64,000 bases of DNA from the human T2T-CHM13v2.0 reference genome, Homo sapiens. The stretch lies in NCBI RefSeq assembly GCF_009914755.1, contig NC_060936.1. One strand, 5' to 3'. The number at the start of each line of letters is the position of its first letter. The first letter of the stretch is position 1. Shown one piece after another: positions 28,724 through 42,961 of this stretch. The notes under the pieces were generated by a model that saw only the letters and a program-made list of their open reading frames with translations, did not search any database and was not told the origin of the DNA. Position numbers and translations under genes: made by a program.

Positions 28724-30260
28724 AACACAAATGTAAAATGAACTAAATGAACTACTTGCTATGTTAAGTGCAACACACGGAGTGTAGAGACAAATTGGAT
28801 ATTAATGCCAGGTAAGAGAATTCACCCTGAATTGCTACATTTTCAGTGCAGTGTCTCACTGTTCTCTAATTTAATTCCTGAGTCTCAAACTTTGAGGGTA
28901 AAGGTGCACTAAACGTACCTCTTGGCAAATGCAGAATGGTTGTGTGTTAAAATCAACATGGGACTGACACTGAAGTCAGAAATTGCCATCATATAATGAA
29001 GTTTAGGGACACAAGAATGAATCTGGACTTTAAGAGTTTGAATTTTAACTATAATTCTATTAAAAACTTGAGTAGCAGCATCTTAAGATTTAACATTATG
29101 GTGTACAAAGAAAGCGTTCGAGCACTGTCAGCTGCGTGATTGCTTCCATGTCAGTAAAACACTTATTTGTGATGCTAAGTAACTACTGACTTTCAGCGGG
29201 AATATATGCTAGAAAACACAATTTTTCTGCAATGTATTTATATTGACTTTCAACCATTGTTTCTGTTTACAGCCCAGGTACTTAATAAATATTTGTTGGT
29301 ATCAGTTGTTCGTTGATGGTCCCTTCTGAAAACCTAGGATCATTAGTACCTGCCATAACATTGTTTGATAAAACCTTCTTAACAGTATATTGAGCAAAGA
29401 GGCTCAAGATTAAGAATTGTGCAATCTCAGAAGTTTGTAGTTTTGAGCTAAGGTCTTATAGCTACACGAAATAACATGTTATAAAAATATAATACTGAGA
29501 AGTTTACAATGAAAAGTAATAGAAGTTATTCTTTTTTTAGGATGCAGAAAAGTTCCCTCTCCTTGTGAAGAAAAAAAAGTTGTGCTTTAGAATCAGTTTG
29601 GAAATTGCTCACTGACATGGACCTAGTGATGATTTAAATTCTGCCATATGTCAGTAAAAATGAATCTCAGGAACAGTTGACTATAGAGAAGGGGATGAAA
29701 TTGCTTTAGAAAAATTCTAGTTACGATTTTTAATAAAATATCATTTCCTACGAGAGTGGTTATTTTGGCTGAGCTTTGGGTTCTAGCCTACCCATTCTCA
29801 AAGAACATTTTCAGCATTATATATAATGTTTACCAAGTATCTTTAAAATGGATTCAGGAATAATTAAATGTTTGCGTTATTAATAGTTTAATATTCTGGA
29901 AATACTTTGTTAGGTTACTTTGAACCATTTTGCATGATAGAGTGGAATTGGGCCCTTCATTGCATAATGCTTTAAAAGCACCAATTTAAACAAATACTTA
30001 TTTGCAGCCACAAATTTCTGAATTAAACACATAAGCATGAATAATCACAGGTTAAGAGCTATGTACATTAAGAGTAAATGCATTACTGATCTAGAGCAGT
30101 AATCAGAACAGTTTAAGAGTATACATATGTCAAGTATTTGATATCATATACCTTGGAATCATTTATATTCAGGATTCACTGCGTTAATTATTCCCAAAGA
30201 AAGCATTATAATGAACAGCTAGATCTTGTTCACTTCAGAAGCTATCAAGATGCTATGACA

Positions 30261-30404
30261 GCAGGGTGCGGCCGCTCACTCCTGTAATCCCAGCACTTTG
30301 GGAGTCCAAAGTAGGAGGATTGTTCAAGTCCAGGAGTTGGAGACCTGCCTGGGCAACATAGTGAGATGCTATCTTTCTCTCTCTCTCCCCCTCTCTCAAA
30401 AAAA
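30261..30404 (+). mobile_element. FLAM/Alu monomer with (CT)n
   Basis: Single monomer; TSD aagatgctatga/aagatattatga. Confidence 0.8.
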
Positions 30405-30953
30405 GATATTATGATGTTAATATTAAGCTTACTAATCTAATACTAAAGTTGCTATTTCCTTTTCAAGCAACATGGCTTTAAAGGCACAAGAAATAACAAG
30501 GCATAGTAAAGAACCTTTATGTTATGTGTATATTATTTGATTTAATCTACAGTAATCTTAAGGAAAGTAAGGCTTAAAAAGCTGAGCTACCCAAGGTAGA
30601 CCATGTCTTGCCTATTCTGCAACTATTCTAATTTCAAGTTTCTATATGCTACTATTCAAATCTTTGTAGTTCCTTGAGTACCTTCTTTTTTACGTGATTT
30701 TTTTGGCATTTTTATTCTTTTTTTTTTGTAACTTAAAAATTATTTTTCTTTTCCTTATTCTAGAACAAAAGAGGTATTTGATATAAAATTCTGCTAAATA
30801 TGTTTTTTAAACAACCACAAAAGATTATTTATTTTCAAAGGTTCAAACTAGCATGAGATCTGAAATAGAAAACATGTATTTACATATTTTTCACAAAATT
30901 TCTTAAAATTGAAAATGAAAGTTATTTAGATTATTATAAATTTTGTCTTATAG

Positions 30954-31031
30954 ATACTATATTTCGAAAGGTGCTATTGTGGATCAACTTGGAGGGGACC
31001 TGAATTCAACTCCATTGCACTGGGCCACAAG
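30954..31031 (+). CDS. ZDHHC17: Exon 4 ([26 protein letters not shown]), ankyrin repeat
   Basis: cttatag|A acceptor, AG|gtttaa donor (weak); 78 nt; TPLH motif. Confidence 0.95.
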
Positions 31032-31622
31032 GTTTAAATTTGCTTCTGGATTTTTTTCCTTTGGTTCCTTTATTAGTATATAAATAAACAACTTTAAAAA
31101 AATGATATACTAAAATGAATAGGAGAGCTTATTATGCCGTTAGTTAATATCATAAATATGCTGATGTTTTATTGTGAAATATTACCTGTAAAGAAGCAAA
31201 AGTTTATTGTCCAAAGTTTCCCTGGCCATGCTGATATTAATTCAGTTAGTTATAAGATTGGATTAAACTTGGATTTCTAAACGTAATATTTTTGCAGCCT
31301 GTATATATTTACAATGAAAGAATTAGCTCATTTCTTGGGATGATTGAGATAATATTAGAATGGACATAATAGAATATAGTAATTATTTACTATATATTTA
31401 AATAAGTTATGAGTACTTCCATACATTTTCAGACTGTTAATCTAGTTAAGACTTCTAAGAACCATAAAATCCTAAATGTATTTTGACATGTATCTATTTT
31501 AAAATAACTTTTCAAAATACATACGTAATCTTCCCACCATACCTTACTTGAAAAAGCTCTTCCCAGAGGATCCTGTTTGAAATAACTTTATATATCTAAG
31601 TGTTTATTCTTTTATGTTTTAG

Positions 31623-31767
31623 ACAAGGCCATCTATCCATGGTTGTGCAACTAATGAAATATGGTGCAGATCCTTCATTAATTGATGGAGAAGGATGTAG
31701 CTGTATTCATCTGGCTGCTCAGTTCGGACATACCTCAATTGTTGCTTATCTCATAGCAAAAGGACAG
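31623..31767 (+). CDS. ZDHHC17: Exon 5 ([48 protein letters not shown])
   Basis: gttttag|A acceptor, CAG|gtaaaa donor; 145 nt; visible in ORF 31600..31815. Confidence 0.96.
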
Positions 31768-32624
31768 GTAAAAAAAATCTCAGTGGTATGGATTTTAATC
31801 AGATGTTCTTCATAGTTTAAATGCCTAATATTATTGGTGTTGTAACAAGCCGTTGATATTTAAATAGCACTTTCTGATGGGTGAAGAACATAAATATAGT
31901 GAGTTTGATATGGAGATATTTAATGTACCTAACATAAAAGCCAGCATGAAAATCATGAACCAGATAATGATGAAGTTGGGTTTTTTATTTCTAAGAGTAA
32001 TGGAGATAAAGCTCAGAAATTAAGAGAGAAAATATAAGTATCTATTTTTTCTTTATGTATTTTGAATATATCATCTGAATTCATCCAAACTTTTTTGAAC
32101 TTATTTATTGGTTATTTTATATATTAAATATCTCTTGAGAGGGATACATTTTTTAAGATCAGTTTCTGCTGTATAAGATAATGCTGCTTCTTACTTGTCA
32201 GAAAAACATCATATTTTAAGTGGTTGTTCCTGATTTTTCTTGAGTGTGCAGTGACCATAATCACATTAAATATTACCAGTTTATATAATCATGTTTTTGT
32301 AATAAACGTATTTTGTTAAAAGTAATGTCACCCAGTTTTTCTTTAATGTGTTTTTTCTGGTTATATTTGAACATTAATTTTATAAGTAAGGATCTCATCA
32401 CAAGAATAACTTTAAGATATATGTATTTAATTTGTTGCTATCAACATGTATTTATTGTTAATTTAAAATTCTATGCGGATTTAGAATTTGAATACTATTT
32501 CTTTTAATGAAGGTTTTACAGTATTTGTTGTTGGCAGTCTCAAGCAGTGGCAGTTGTGTTGTGCATTATAGTTTAGGAAAAGAGGCATAGACTGATAAAG
32601 TTAATTGCTGGAAGGGGAGGGGGG

Positions 32625-33155
32625 TTATTGTCTGTTACTGTGTTAAAAAACTACTGCCAAAATCTAATGGCTTAAGAACAATACCAACCAATTAATACGT
32701 CTCACAATTTTGTGGGCTTGGCTGGATGGTTTTTCTCCTTGGCTGGTGGCTGCAGTTGTCTGGCGGCTTGACTGAGCTGGAAGATTGGCTCACATATCTT
32801 GTGACTTGATAGGAATGGCTACAAACTGCTTAACTGGGAGGCTGGGGCAGCGAGGCCTCTTTCTTTCTCTATGTAGTGTCAGAACTTCTACTTTTCAATA
32901 CCAGTCCATGTGGTCTTTCCAGCAGGAGAACTAGACTTCTTACATATTGGCTTAGAGCTCCCAAAAGAACAAAAGTAGAAGCTGTTTTGCATTTTTAAGT
33001 CTTAGGTCTTGAACTGACACAGCAACGTTTTTTCTCCATTCTATCAGTTAAAGTGAGTTAACAAGGGCCATAACCACGGAGGGAAGGGACCACACAAGGG
33101 TGTGAATACCAAGAGGCCAGGTTTATGGGGGGTCATCTGGAGAGCAACTGCTATA
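32625..33155 (-). mobile_element. MLT1 (G/H-like) LTR
   Basis: ctactgccaaaatctaatggcttaagaaca ... gggaccacacaagggtgtgaataccaagagg. Confidence 0.7.
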
Positions 33156-33706
33156 GGAGATTATTCTTGTTATTCTGCAGTTTTTTTCTAGAACAAAGGT
33201 TGAAGCAGTAAATGGTGCTATAGCACATCACAAGGTCTTTAGTGGCCTTCCATATTGCAGAATAAATCTACAATACACATTCACTTTTTTACTTTCAGTT
33301 TTTAACTGGGAAAGAAAGGTGGTGTACATTTTTGAGTCTTCATGGTCTTTTTTTTAACTTATTGATTTTGGAGTTTGGATTATTTCATTAATCTTTTTAA
33401 CCTCTGGTATAGTATATAGGCTATAAAATTCTCAAAGGGCAGGATTTCTACCTGTCAGTGCTTTTGGTACAAAAAGGGCATGATGATGATAATGATGATG
33501 ATAAATGTCTGAGAAATAGTTTTTTTTTTCCATGAGTAAATTTTTTTTCTGCACACAAAGATAATAAATGTTTATTATGAAATATTCAGGCATAATAGAA
33601 TATGACTTAGAAAATGAAATCTCACCTCTCCCCTTGGCCATCTGTCTGACTGAGGTTACTTCCTTTAATAATGTAGTATGTATTTTAAGAAATTTTATTC
33701 CATGTA

Positions 33707-34058
33707 CAGATTAAGCATCTGTAATCTGAAAATCCGGAATGCTGCGAAATCCAAAACGTTTTGAGTGTCAACATGATGCCACAAGTGGAAAATTTTACCC
33801 CTGACACCTTTGCTTTCCAATATAGTTCATTGTACACACACTTTGTTTCATGTACAAAATTATTTAAAATATTGAATAAAATTGCCTTCAGGCTGTATGT
33901 ATAAGGTGTATATGAAAGATGAATGAATTCCACATTTAGATTTTGGTCCCATTCTCAAGATTTTATTACATATATGCAAATATTTCAACATAGGAAAAAC
34001 ATACACATATTCAAACACTTCTGGTCCCAAGCATTTTACATAAAGGATACTCAACATG
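33707..34058 (+). mobile_element. Tigger4 MITE, inverted relative to the 21721 copy
   Basis: TA-CAGATTAAGCATC ... GGATACTCAACATG-TA. Confidence 0.85.
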
Positions 34059-37053
34059 TATACACTAATATATTGTAAAAGACACTCTTCCAATGTGCAT
34101 TGCATCATACTGTGAGGGCCCAGAGTTTTTCTCTGTGCTAGAGCACTGTGCCGTTTAACCCCTGGATACCTTTGAGCTCCACTTCTGCCATCTCCCCATC
34201 ATCACTCTGCTTTAACTGCACTAGTTTTTTTTTGCTACTTTTTCAGCAACTCTGACATGCTGTTGTCTAAGGGCCTTTTGGTTGCTGTTTCTTCTGCTGG
34301 TATATTCTTTCCTCAGATAGTCACACAGTTTCTCTCTCTCTCTTCAGTCAGATGGTTGCTCAAATTTTATTAGTTCTGATTACATAGTTCCTAATTATAA
34401 GCAGTAATAAAATTAGCATATTTTTATTTCTTCTTCCCTTTCTCTTTTATCGACTGTAGTCAATAATATTGTTTTTCTTAATGTTAACTATGTTCTGATA
34501 AATTTTTACTACATTTTTATTACTTGATTTTTCAGCTTTAGATAGTTTTCTTTGATTCATGGCTACTATAGATGAGGCTTTCAGCATATTTTCATTTCAA
34601 CCTTTTTCCATTTTCCCATTTTGTTGTTAATTATATCAATTTTACATTGTCAGGGTATATAACATTTCCATTCAGTTTTGTCATTCTATTCTTCACAATC
34701 GTTTTGTTTTAGTTATATTGTTAAATATATTTAGTGCTCACTACCAATTCTTTTGGATGATTTTCAGGAGAAAAAGGGGAAAATGCTAAGTTATGGAGCC
34801 CTGTTGATCATGGAATTCCCATAAGCTTTTGATCTGGGCTTGTTAATTCTTCCTAATAGAGAATACCCATACGTCCAGGCTGAACTTGGAAAAGAAGTAC
34901 CAAGTTTTAAATCCCGACCCAAAGAGAGAAAAGGTTGAATTTCATTTTTCTTTTAGTACTCTAGAGATGTGCCATGATTTTACATTTTTTTATTTATTGA
35001 TATTTTTAATACTATCATTTTTTAAAAAGGATATGAAAACACAACTAAGAAGAAGGAGAAACTTAAACATAAGAATTTACATGCTTGCTTTAATTAGACC
35101 TGAAATTTGGTTGAGGTCCTACGGAAATTAGGAGTAAAAGAAGTCACAATAGTTACTTCTCATATAAGAAATAAGGAAGTTTGTTGTTTCTTCAGAAAAC
35201 ATATTTTTTTTAAGCCACAGGATTATTTTAAAAAATGTACTTGCATATTGGAAATGTTGAGTGAGGTTGCAGAAGATATTCCTGACAACACTATTAAAGT
35301 AAATCCAGAAATGGATTTGTAATGGATAAGGCATAACATTCTATGACAGTATGCATGGTGAGTGACTAAGTTAATGACATCCAAGGAAATGCTTTACTTA
35401 TCTAATGTAGTGGTTCTCAGATTTTTTTTCTTCAATATGCTTAGATAATGTTCACATTTGAGACATATTCCTATTGCTAACAGTGGCTCACAGAGAACTG
35501 ATGCATAGAGATAGTGTTTTACAGTGTGCTTACTGTAACTCTCTGCTCTCTCCACTGATTGGTGAATTAGGTAACACAACTTGGATTAGAACTGCTTGCT
35601 TAATGTAATTCAGGAATGGGAGATGGGGTAGAGAAGAAGAAGAAACTTAATATTTATTGAATATCCATTATGTTCTCAGCTGTTGACTAGATGCTTTGCA
35701 CACATTATTTAATCTTCACAGAAGTCTTATGAAGTTATTTGTATTTCACATTTTTTAATGAGGAAGCTAAGACTAAGAATTAAAGTAATTTAGCCTACAA
35801 TCTCATAGCAATTATATGATGGAGCTAGGAAGTCAAAACCATGTCTTATTCTAAAGCCAAGCCTAGAAAAGTAGATAGATAAGCATGTCTTTTCCTTTAA
35901 TAAATGGTTTTCGATCATCTACTCTGCTGGGCACTGAGAATACGAAGATGGATTTGAGATGATTTTTATTTTCAAAGTACTCCAGGTTAATGAGACACAC
36001 ATTTCAGGCATGGAGGATAATCAGTTCAGAATGGAGTGGGTTAGGAAAGGTAGTTTCAGAGCATTGAAACTGATAAGAGTCCCTGATACATCAGAAAGTC
36101 TTGCGCAAGGAGAATTAGATAACTAGGAAAGAGTTTCGGTTTAATAGGTGGAAGTTTTAGTTATAATTTGCTAAAAACTAAGTAGTAGTGGGGGAAAGAT
36201 GGTGCCAGGGAAAGCAAAAAATTGAGTAGAAGAGGAAAAATAGTGGTTTATTACATGGTTTGGCTGGGAATAGTATTTATGCATATTTATAATAATACAT
36301 ATCAAGTATTAAATGTTTATATGAACCAGAATTACAATAGATCTCTTGAGAGGAAAGAATAGGAAAGGCGTGCATTTGTGATGTAGCAGAGAGGAAAGAG
36401 AAAAATTCAGATTTTTTATACCAAGGAATTTCAGAATAATGCCTGAAACTGAAAAATCAAGAAGTAGCAATTCAAACATCTTATTTAAAGATATGGAGGT
36501 AAATATAAAAATAATGAGCCAAAAAATGGTGAAAATGGTGGGAAGTAAGGCAGGGGGATTGCTTTAGTGTGTTGCTTTTTCCACACAAACTGCAGAATCA
36601 TTTAACTCTAAAAATGTACATGTGTAACAGTAAAAACTGAGTATATTAAAATGTCAGTTCTTTTTATTTTTTGTTTTGAAATGCCTAGGAATAAACAGTT
36701 TTGTCGTTCTCTCTTATGCATTAGTATAAACAAGTTTTTCAGAAACTTAATCACTTAACCTATCCTTTGTGGTTGAAAGGTCAGAATAGGTTAAGAATTT
36801 TAAATGTGAAACATTGAAAGGCTGATTAAAACATCTTAAAAGGGAATAATGTAAAAGCATGATATATGTTCACTAGAGTATATAGTGACAAGAGTTTCAT
36901 TTTAAAGTTAAGAAAGAAAGTTTCATACATTATCCTTGATTGAGTAGTATTATATTCGCTTCTCCTTTTATATATAGATTAGATTTTTCCAAGCAAATTT
37001 GGTTAGGAACTTATAATTTAACTGTCTGACTTTTTTTCTTTTTACTTTATCAG

Positions 37054-37118
37054 GATGTAGATATGATGGATCAGAATGGAATGACGCCTTTAATGTGGGC
37101 AGCATATAGAACACATAG
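37054..37118 (+). CDS. ZDHHC17: Exon 6 (DVDMMDQNGMTPLMWAAYRTHS)
   Basis: ttatcag|GAT acceptor, AG|gtatgt donor; 65 nt. Confidence 0.95.
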
Positions 37119-37764
37119 GTATGTAATGACTATAAAAAACTTATTTAGGCCATTTCAGCATAATACAATATGAAGTAAGAGAGAGGAAAAAGCAGTTAAT
37201 ACTATACTCACTAATATTTACAGTTTTTATTATGACTATAGTATATATAAATTACCATTTTGGATGTTCTGGTATCTCTGTGCTGTCTCTCCCTCACTGA
37301 TTAGAGCTTCCTTAATCTGTTTCTCTTTTAACAATATCTAAGAAAAGAAGTTATCTTTTTTAAAAAATTAATTAATTTTTTCATGTGATTTACATATTGA
37401 CAAATTTATTAATTAGTAAGTTGTCTTAGATCACTTTTGGAAGACTCCAAATTTAAATTTTAAAAAGTGTTATTCTTGAATTGTATAAGTATTAATGCCA
37501 TTTCTAGGTCAAAAATAGAAAATATCAGGACCAAGTTGCTTATCCCCTGAAACTATTAATATATTATTTTATATGGTGTCATACATACTTAATACTTCAT
37601 ATTAGAATATTGTCTCATTATTGATTTTAAAGTTGTTGAGTAGGTTAGAAGTGTTCCAAAATGGAATGCTACTGTAAGCATAATCAGTTTAGTATTTGTA
37701 ATGATTTCTATAATTGAAATTAGGGTTGTTGTTGTTGTTTGTTTTTTTTTTTTTTCCTTTTCAG

Positions 37765-37927
37765 TGTGGATCCAACTAGATTGCTTTTAACATTCAATGT
37801 TTCAGTTAACCTTGGTGACAAGTATCACAAAAACACTGCTCTGCATTGGGCAGTGCTAGCAGGGAATACCACAGTCATTAGCCTTCTTCTGGAAGCTGGA
37901 GCTAATGTTGATGCCCAGAATATCAAG
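37765..37927 (+). CDS. ZDHHC17: Exon 7 (VDPTRLLLTFNVSVNLGDKYHKNTALHWAVLAGNTTVISLLLEAGANVDAQNIK)
   Basis: ttttcag|T acceptor, AAG|gtaaaa donor; 163 nt; visible in ORF 37739..37960. Confidence 0.96.
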
Positions 37928-40264
37928 GTAAAAATATTCTATATTGATAATACTGTATGAAATGTGGCTAATATGTGAATTCTGTAATAAAACAAGTTTT
38001 TCATAGACTGTCAGAGTTGAAAGAAACTTCTTCAATACAGGTTTACAGTTAAACCACATTATGCATAATACATTTTAATAATTCTTTGACTTGGTTATTT
38101 TATTGTCTTATTTTTTTAAAGATCAAGAGATTTAAATTTGATAAATGCCTTTATGGTGTTGATAGGAGGACCCCCACCCCACCATGGTGGACTAATCCAG
38201 GAAAAGTTACAACATTATTTAAGAGCCAAGCACAATTAACATTTGCACTCTAAACATTTAGAAATCAGTAAACATTTTATTAATACATGCAATAAGATTC
38301 TATTGCTAGTCTCAAAATTTTGGTTATTTCTTTTCATTCTTAAAGCCTCAGGATCCACCATGTCTTTCAGCAACGAACTCGTTCTGCGAAATTACTTTAA
38401 ACATCATCTTTTAATCATATGCATTCATAAGTAACTATACCCATTGACAAATGTTCTTTAATTTTGGCTATAATTTATAGTATTTTCTGAGTTATGTTTC
38501 TTAAATTTCTAAGGGATATGTGCTAATTAAATATGAAGGGGGTTCAGGACACATACTAATCTGAAATGGCCAATCAAAAAGTAGGTTATCTCCTGCTGGA
38601 TCAGGGTATCTCTTTATGTTCCAATGAATAGTTTGTTCTTCCTTGATTCAGTTACTTTAAGAGGAGAAGGATAAACTTCTAAAATAAAATAGTTTAGGCT
38701 AGTTTTATGGAGCATAATTTGTTAAGCTTATCAATTTTTAGAAATAGTCTAATTACAAACATTTAGTTAAAAGTAAATTAATATTGGAAACCATAAGAGA
38801 TTGATAAAATCATGTATATTTTTCTTTCTTCTAAAAAAATTTCAAGTCTTCTTGTCCCTAACAAAAGTGATCAGAATAGTTCCATATCTGCCACTAAACA
38901 TAGGGAAAGAAGAAAGTCAGCATATCATAGTGCCTGATAAGCGATGGGCACTCTAGGTATTTACTGACTGAGTAAATGAAGATTTATGTAGTCTTGAGTT
39001 TTACCTAAGGTAGTTTTCATGACTGCTGGGATACCTCTGCCACTTCAGAAATTATAGAGAGAAATGTTTGCTTTTTGAATGTTTTTAAATAGGATGCTCT
39101 TAAAAGTTTATAACACTGGAATGAGTAAATTGGCTGATCCCAGGTCTGAAGGTTAAGAAAAGAGAAGTTTGACTAAACCTGATCAATATACTTAAAAGAA
39201 AATTATGTGAGATTACCTCATGTTTTTTTATCTGAATTCAGAGTGTTACTACTTTTTTTTATCTTTGCTACCAGACAGCCATTCCTAAGGTGATCATGCA
39301 CGAGGAATACATTTAAAGATACTTAGTATTATTGAAAAAACAGGATTAATTTTAGTTTGGCAAATAGTAAGACTGTAGACCTTCTGCCAATAGCCATATC
39401 AGTATACTGAAATTATAGTAATACCAAAGAATTATGACAGTAAGATGACTACACAGTTCTGGAGTTTGAAACTAGTAGTGTGTATTTTTAGAGCTTTTAA
39501 AAGTTTATTTTCTGTTCATATAAAATTAGGTTAAATTCAGTCACAGTCATTGGGATTTGAGGTATGTTTTTAAATTCAATGTCTTTTCAAGTAAATAATG
39601 AAGACTTGTACTTCTCATTAGCCATTGCGTAAACTTTTAAATTACTCTTAGTAAAAGGAATAATCTACAGCAAATTTCAACAGAAAGTTAATGATAAGAG
39701 TAGAGATATTTAAAATTATTTAAATGATTTTGAACTTTGTATTTTTAATGTTTTATAGGTTCAGGCACAAGAATTATTTGGTGCCAAGAAACAATGAAAT
39801 AGAATGTAACTTCCTTAACTATTATTGTAGTTCATGCGAATACTTTCCAGAGTCTACAGTGTCTATAATTGAGCTAATTATTGTACCTTAGAGCTTTTAA
39901 ATTCATTTTTTTCCAGTTATTTTCTTTTTATTAATGTTTTAACTTTATCTGTCACATGTAATAGAGGTTGGCTATTGACAAAAAATTTTTCTCATGTAAT
40001 TCCCTGGTAGCTTCTGGAGTGATGGTACTTCTAAAGAAAATAAAGTCTAAGGAATTATTGTATTTGCTCAGGGAACATTTATACTTTCAGGGGAAAAATT
40101 ACCTGTATCTACACTGGTGACAAAGTAGATTTTTGTTTTAAAATGCACTTTATATGTAATTAAAAAGATGAAATGAGTATCAAATGCCTTTTTTAAAAAT
40201 GGGGATCTGCCTCAGAGGCATTCCCAACATACTTAAGTCTTATCACCTTCTAATAGAAACCATG

Positions 40265-41150
40265 TATTTATTCGTTCAGCAAATTCTTATTCAATGGTGG
40301 GTGGTGGGGAGTCACATTGTTCAAGACAGATAAGGTCTCTATTCTTTCAGAATGTACATTCTGTTGAGGAAACAGCCAGTAAGTGAATAATAATAAAAGG
40401 CAAATGTGATAGAATGACTGGGATGGAAGGACCACATCCAGTGAGAGTGATTTGGGAATGCCTCTGAGGAGATGACATTTGCTTTCAGAATTACGTAATG
40501 AGAAGGGATCAGTTATACAGAGACATGTGGGAAAAAATTTTCCTTGTAGAGGAACATGCAAGTGCACGGTCCTAAACAGGAGTAAGATTGCAGTATTTGA
40601 GGTGCAGAAATAAGGACAGTGTGGCCAGAGTACAGTGAGCAAGATGGTGAAGTCACTTGAGAAACACAGGTGCTGTATCATGCAATGCGATAATAAAGAG
40701 CTTTAATTGTATTCTCAGTCATGGGAAACATTTGAAAGGATTTATGTAGGCTGATTATATGATCTGCTTTTTGTTTTAAATATTTTTTAAACATTACTTT
40801 GGTTGATGTATGGAGAATGCATTGAAGAGTTAAGAAAATGGAAAAGATGGAGATCAGTTAGGCTGTTGCAATAAATCAGACAAGTGATAATGTTAGCTTA
40901 GCCTAGGATCAGAGGAGTAGAGGTAGAGAGAAATGACTGGATTTGGAGAGGATATTTTAAAGTAGAAATAAGAAGGTAGATTAGGTGTGAGGATAAAAGA
41001 AACCATCGTTGATGACTTAGGTTTTGTTTTGGGTAACTGAACGTCTTGTGATATCATATGTTGAGATTGTGAAGACTGAAGAAGGACTTTTTGGGATGAA
41101 GGTGATAGGAATTGGTTCTGTTTGGTAATATTTAATTTGAAGTGGTGTCT
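40265..41150 (-). mobile_element. L2 3' region
   Basis: tatttattcgttcagcaaattcttattcaat tail; gcctctgaggagatgacatttg; explains ORF 40268..40681. Confidence 0.8.
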
Positions 41151-41610
41151 TAGCCGTGTGAACTATTAAGCTAATTAAGTAAACTTAAATTGCTGCCAAT
41201 TTTGAAAAGGAAACATTTATTTTAAAAAAATACCTAGAATATTTGTCCAGGAATCTAACCAAATTTATTTATACCTATGCTTTTTCCATTTTTAAGTCTT
41301 AAGAAAGAATCTTGTTGATAATAGTGGATTGTAACGATAAGATGCAGCCTGCAAATCTGGCTATGGCTTTAATAGCTATAAAAAGTTATATTTTTCAAAG
41401 AATATGAAAAATTACGCTTTGTGTTATAATAATTCTATAAGATCCCCTTTCCCTAAAATACCTATTTTCTATATATGATTAAGTGTCTTAGAAATCTTTC
41501 TTTATATTAACTAGAGATTTACCTTCACATATTAGTTACTCAGTTCTTTTCATGTATAAACAAACGTTCCTTTATCAAAACAAGATAGAACTTATTTTAA
41601 AGACAATTTA

Positions 41611-41917
<307 letters not shown>

Positions 41918-42961
41918 GACAATTTATACTAAATGATAGGTAACTTTAAAATTGCTGTTTTCATCTCTGGAAGGATCAGGAATAGCTGTATACCCTAGGT
42001 TTTTTTATCTGGAGTCCCCCCAGTAGACTTTGGTTGGAGGAGGTGTGGGTCCATGGACCCCTGAAATTGTTGAAAAAAAGTTACTTGTATCAGCATTCTT
42101 CTGGGAGGAAGAAAAGTGGCTGTCATCAGAAAAGACTCAAAAGAATTTAAGAACCAAGCCCCTAGATAATAGCTACATGAAATAGCTTTAAATCTCTTCT
42201 TGTAAAGCAACAACAGTGGAAACAAATGATTTGGAATACTAAGAATAAAAAACAAAACACAATTATGGCCTACCCAGTAATCCCTTTTGTGGTAGTATCT
42301 CATTTGTGATTAAAAAAATAATAATCCTTAGCATATGTTTTTGGTTATACTGATAAATTTAGATGAATTGAGTTTGGAAGGAACAGTTAATCTCTGAGTG
42401 CTACACAAGCAGTTATAATCTTTTCTTTCTAAAATTATCAAAGGGCATAGTTTTTAGCTTGTACAGAATATAAAATTACTGAGCTCTGTTCATTAATGTA
42501 TCGAAAGACCTCTTGAAATGAGGTAAGAAACTGTTTTTAGAAAATAGTTTTGTATTACCTCTTAAATAACTGACCTAAATGGTCACCAAGGAAAAATTTT
42601 TTTAAAATTTGACGATGAAATTCAACCTTACGTAGGTGAAATGTTGAGTGATCTTACCCCCAACCATAATGTTTATCTGACCAAAACCTTTGAATGATTT
42701 CTTTTATTAACAGTTACATAGTCTATAATTACTCCATGTAGATTCTTGCTGTTGTTGCTATTGTTAATATTATTATTTTGGCTGAGACATGGAGTGATCA
42801 AATAAATATAGACTTAACTCAGAACCCTGGTTTTAATATACTTCTTTAAATGAATTGAGTGTTTATTTTACCAGCTGAATAAAAGAACTATACAAAAATA
42901 GTTAGATGACTAGAGGAGTAGTTGAAAGATATTTTAAAGCTCCCTCAATCTTTTTGTCTAG

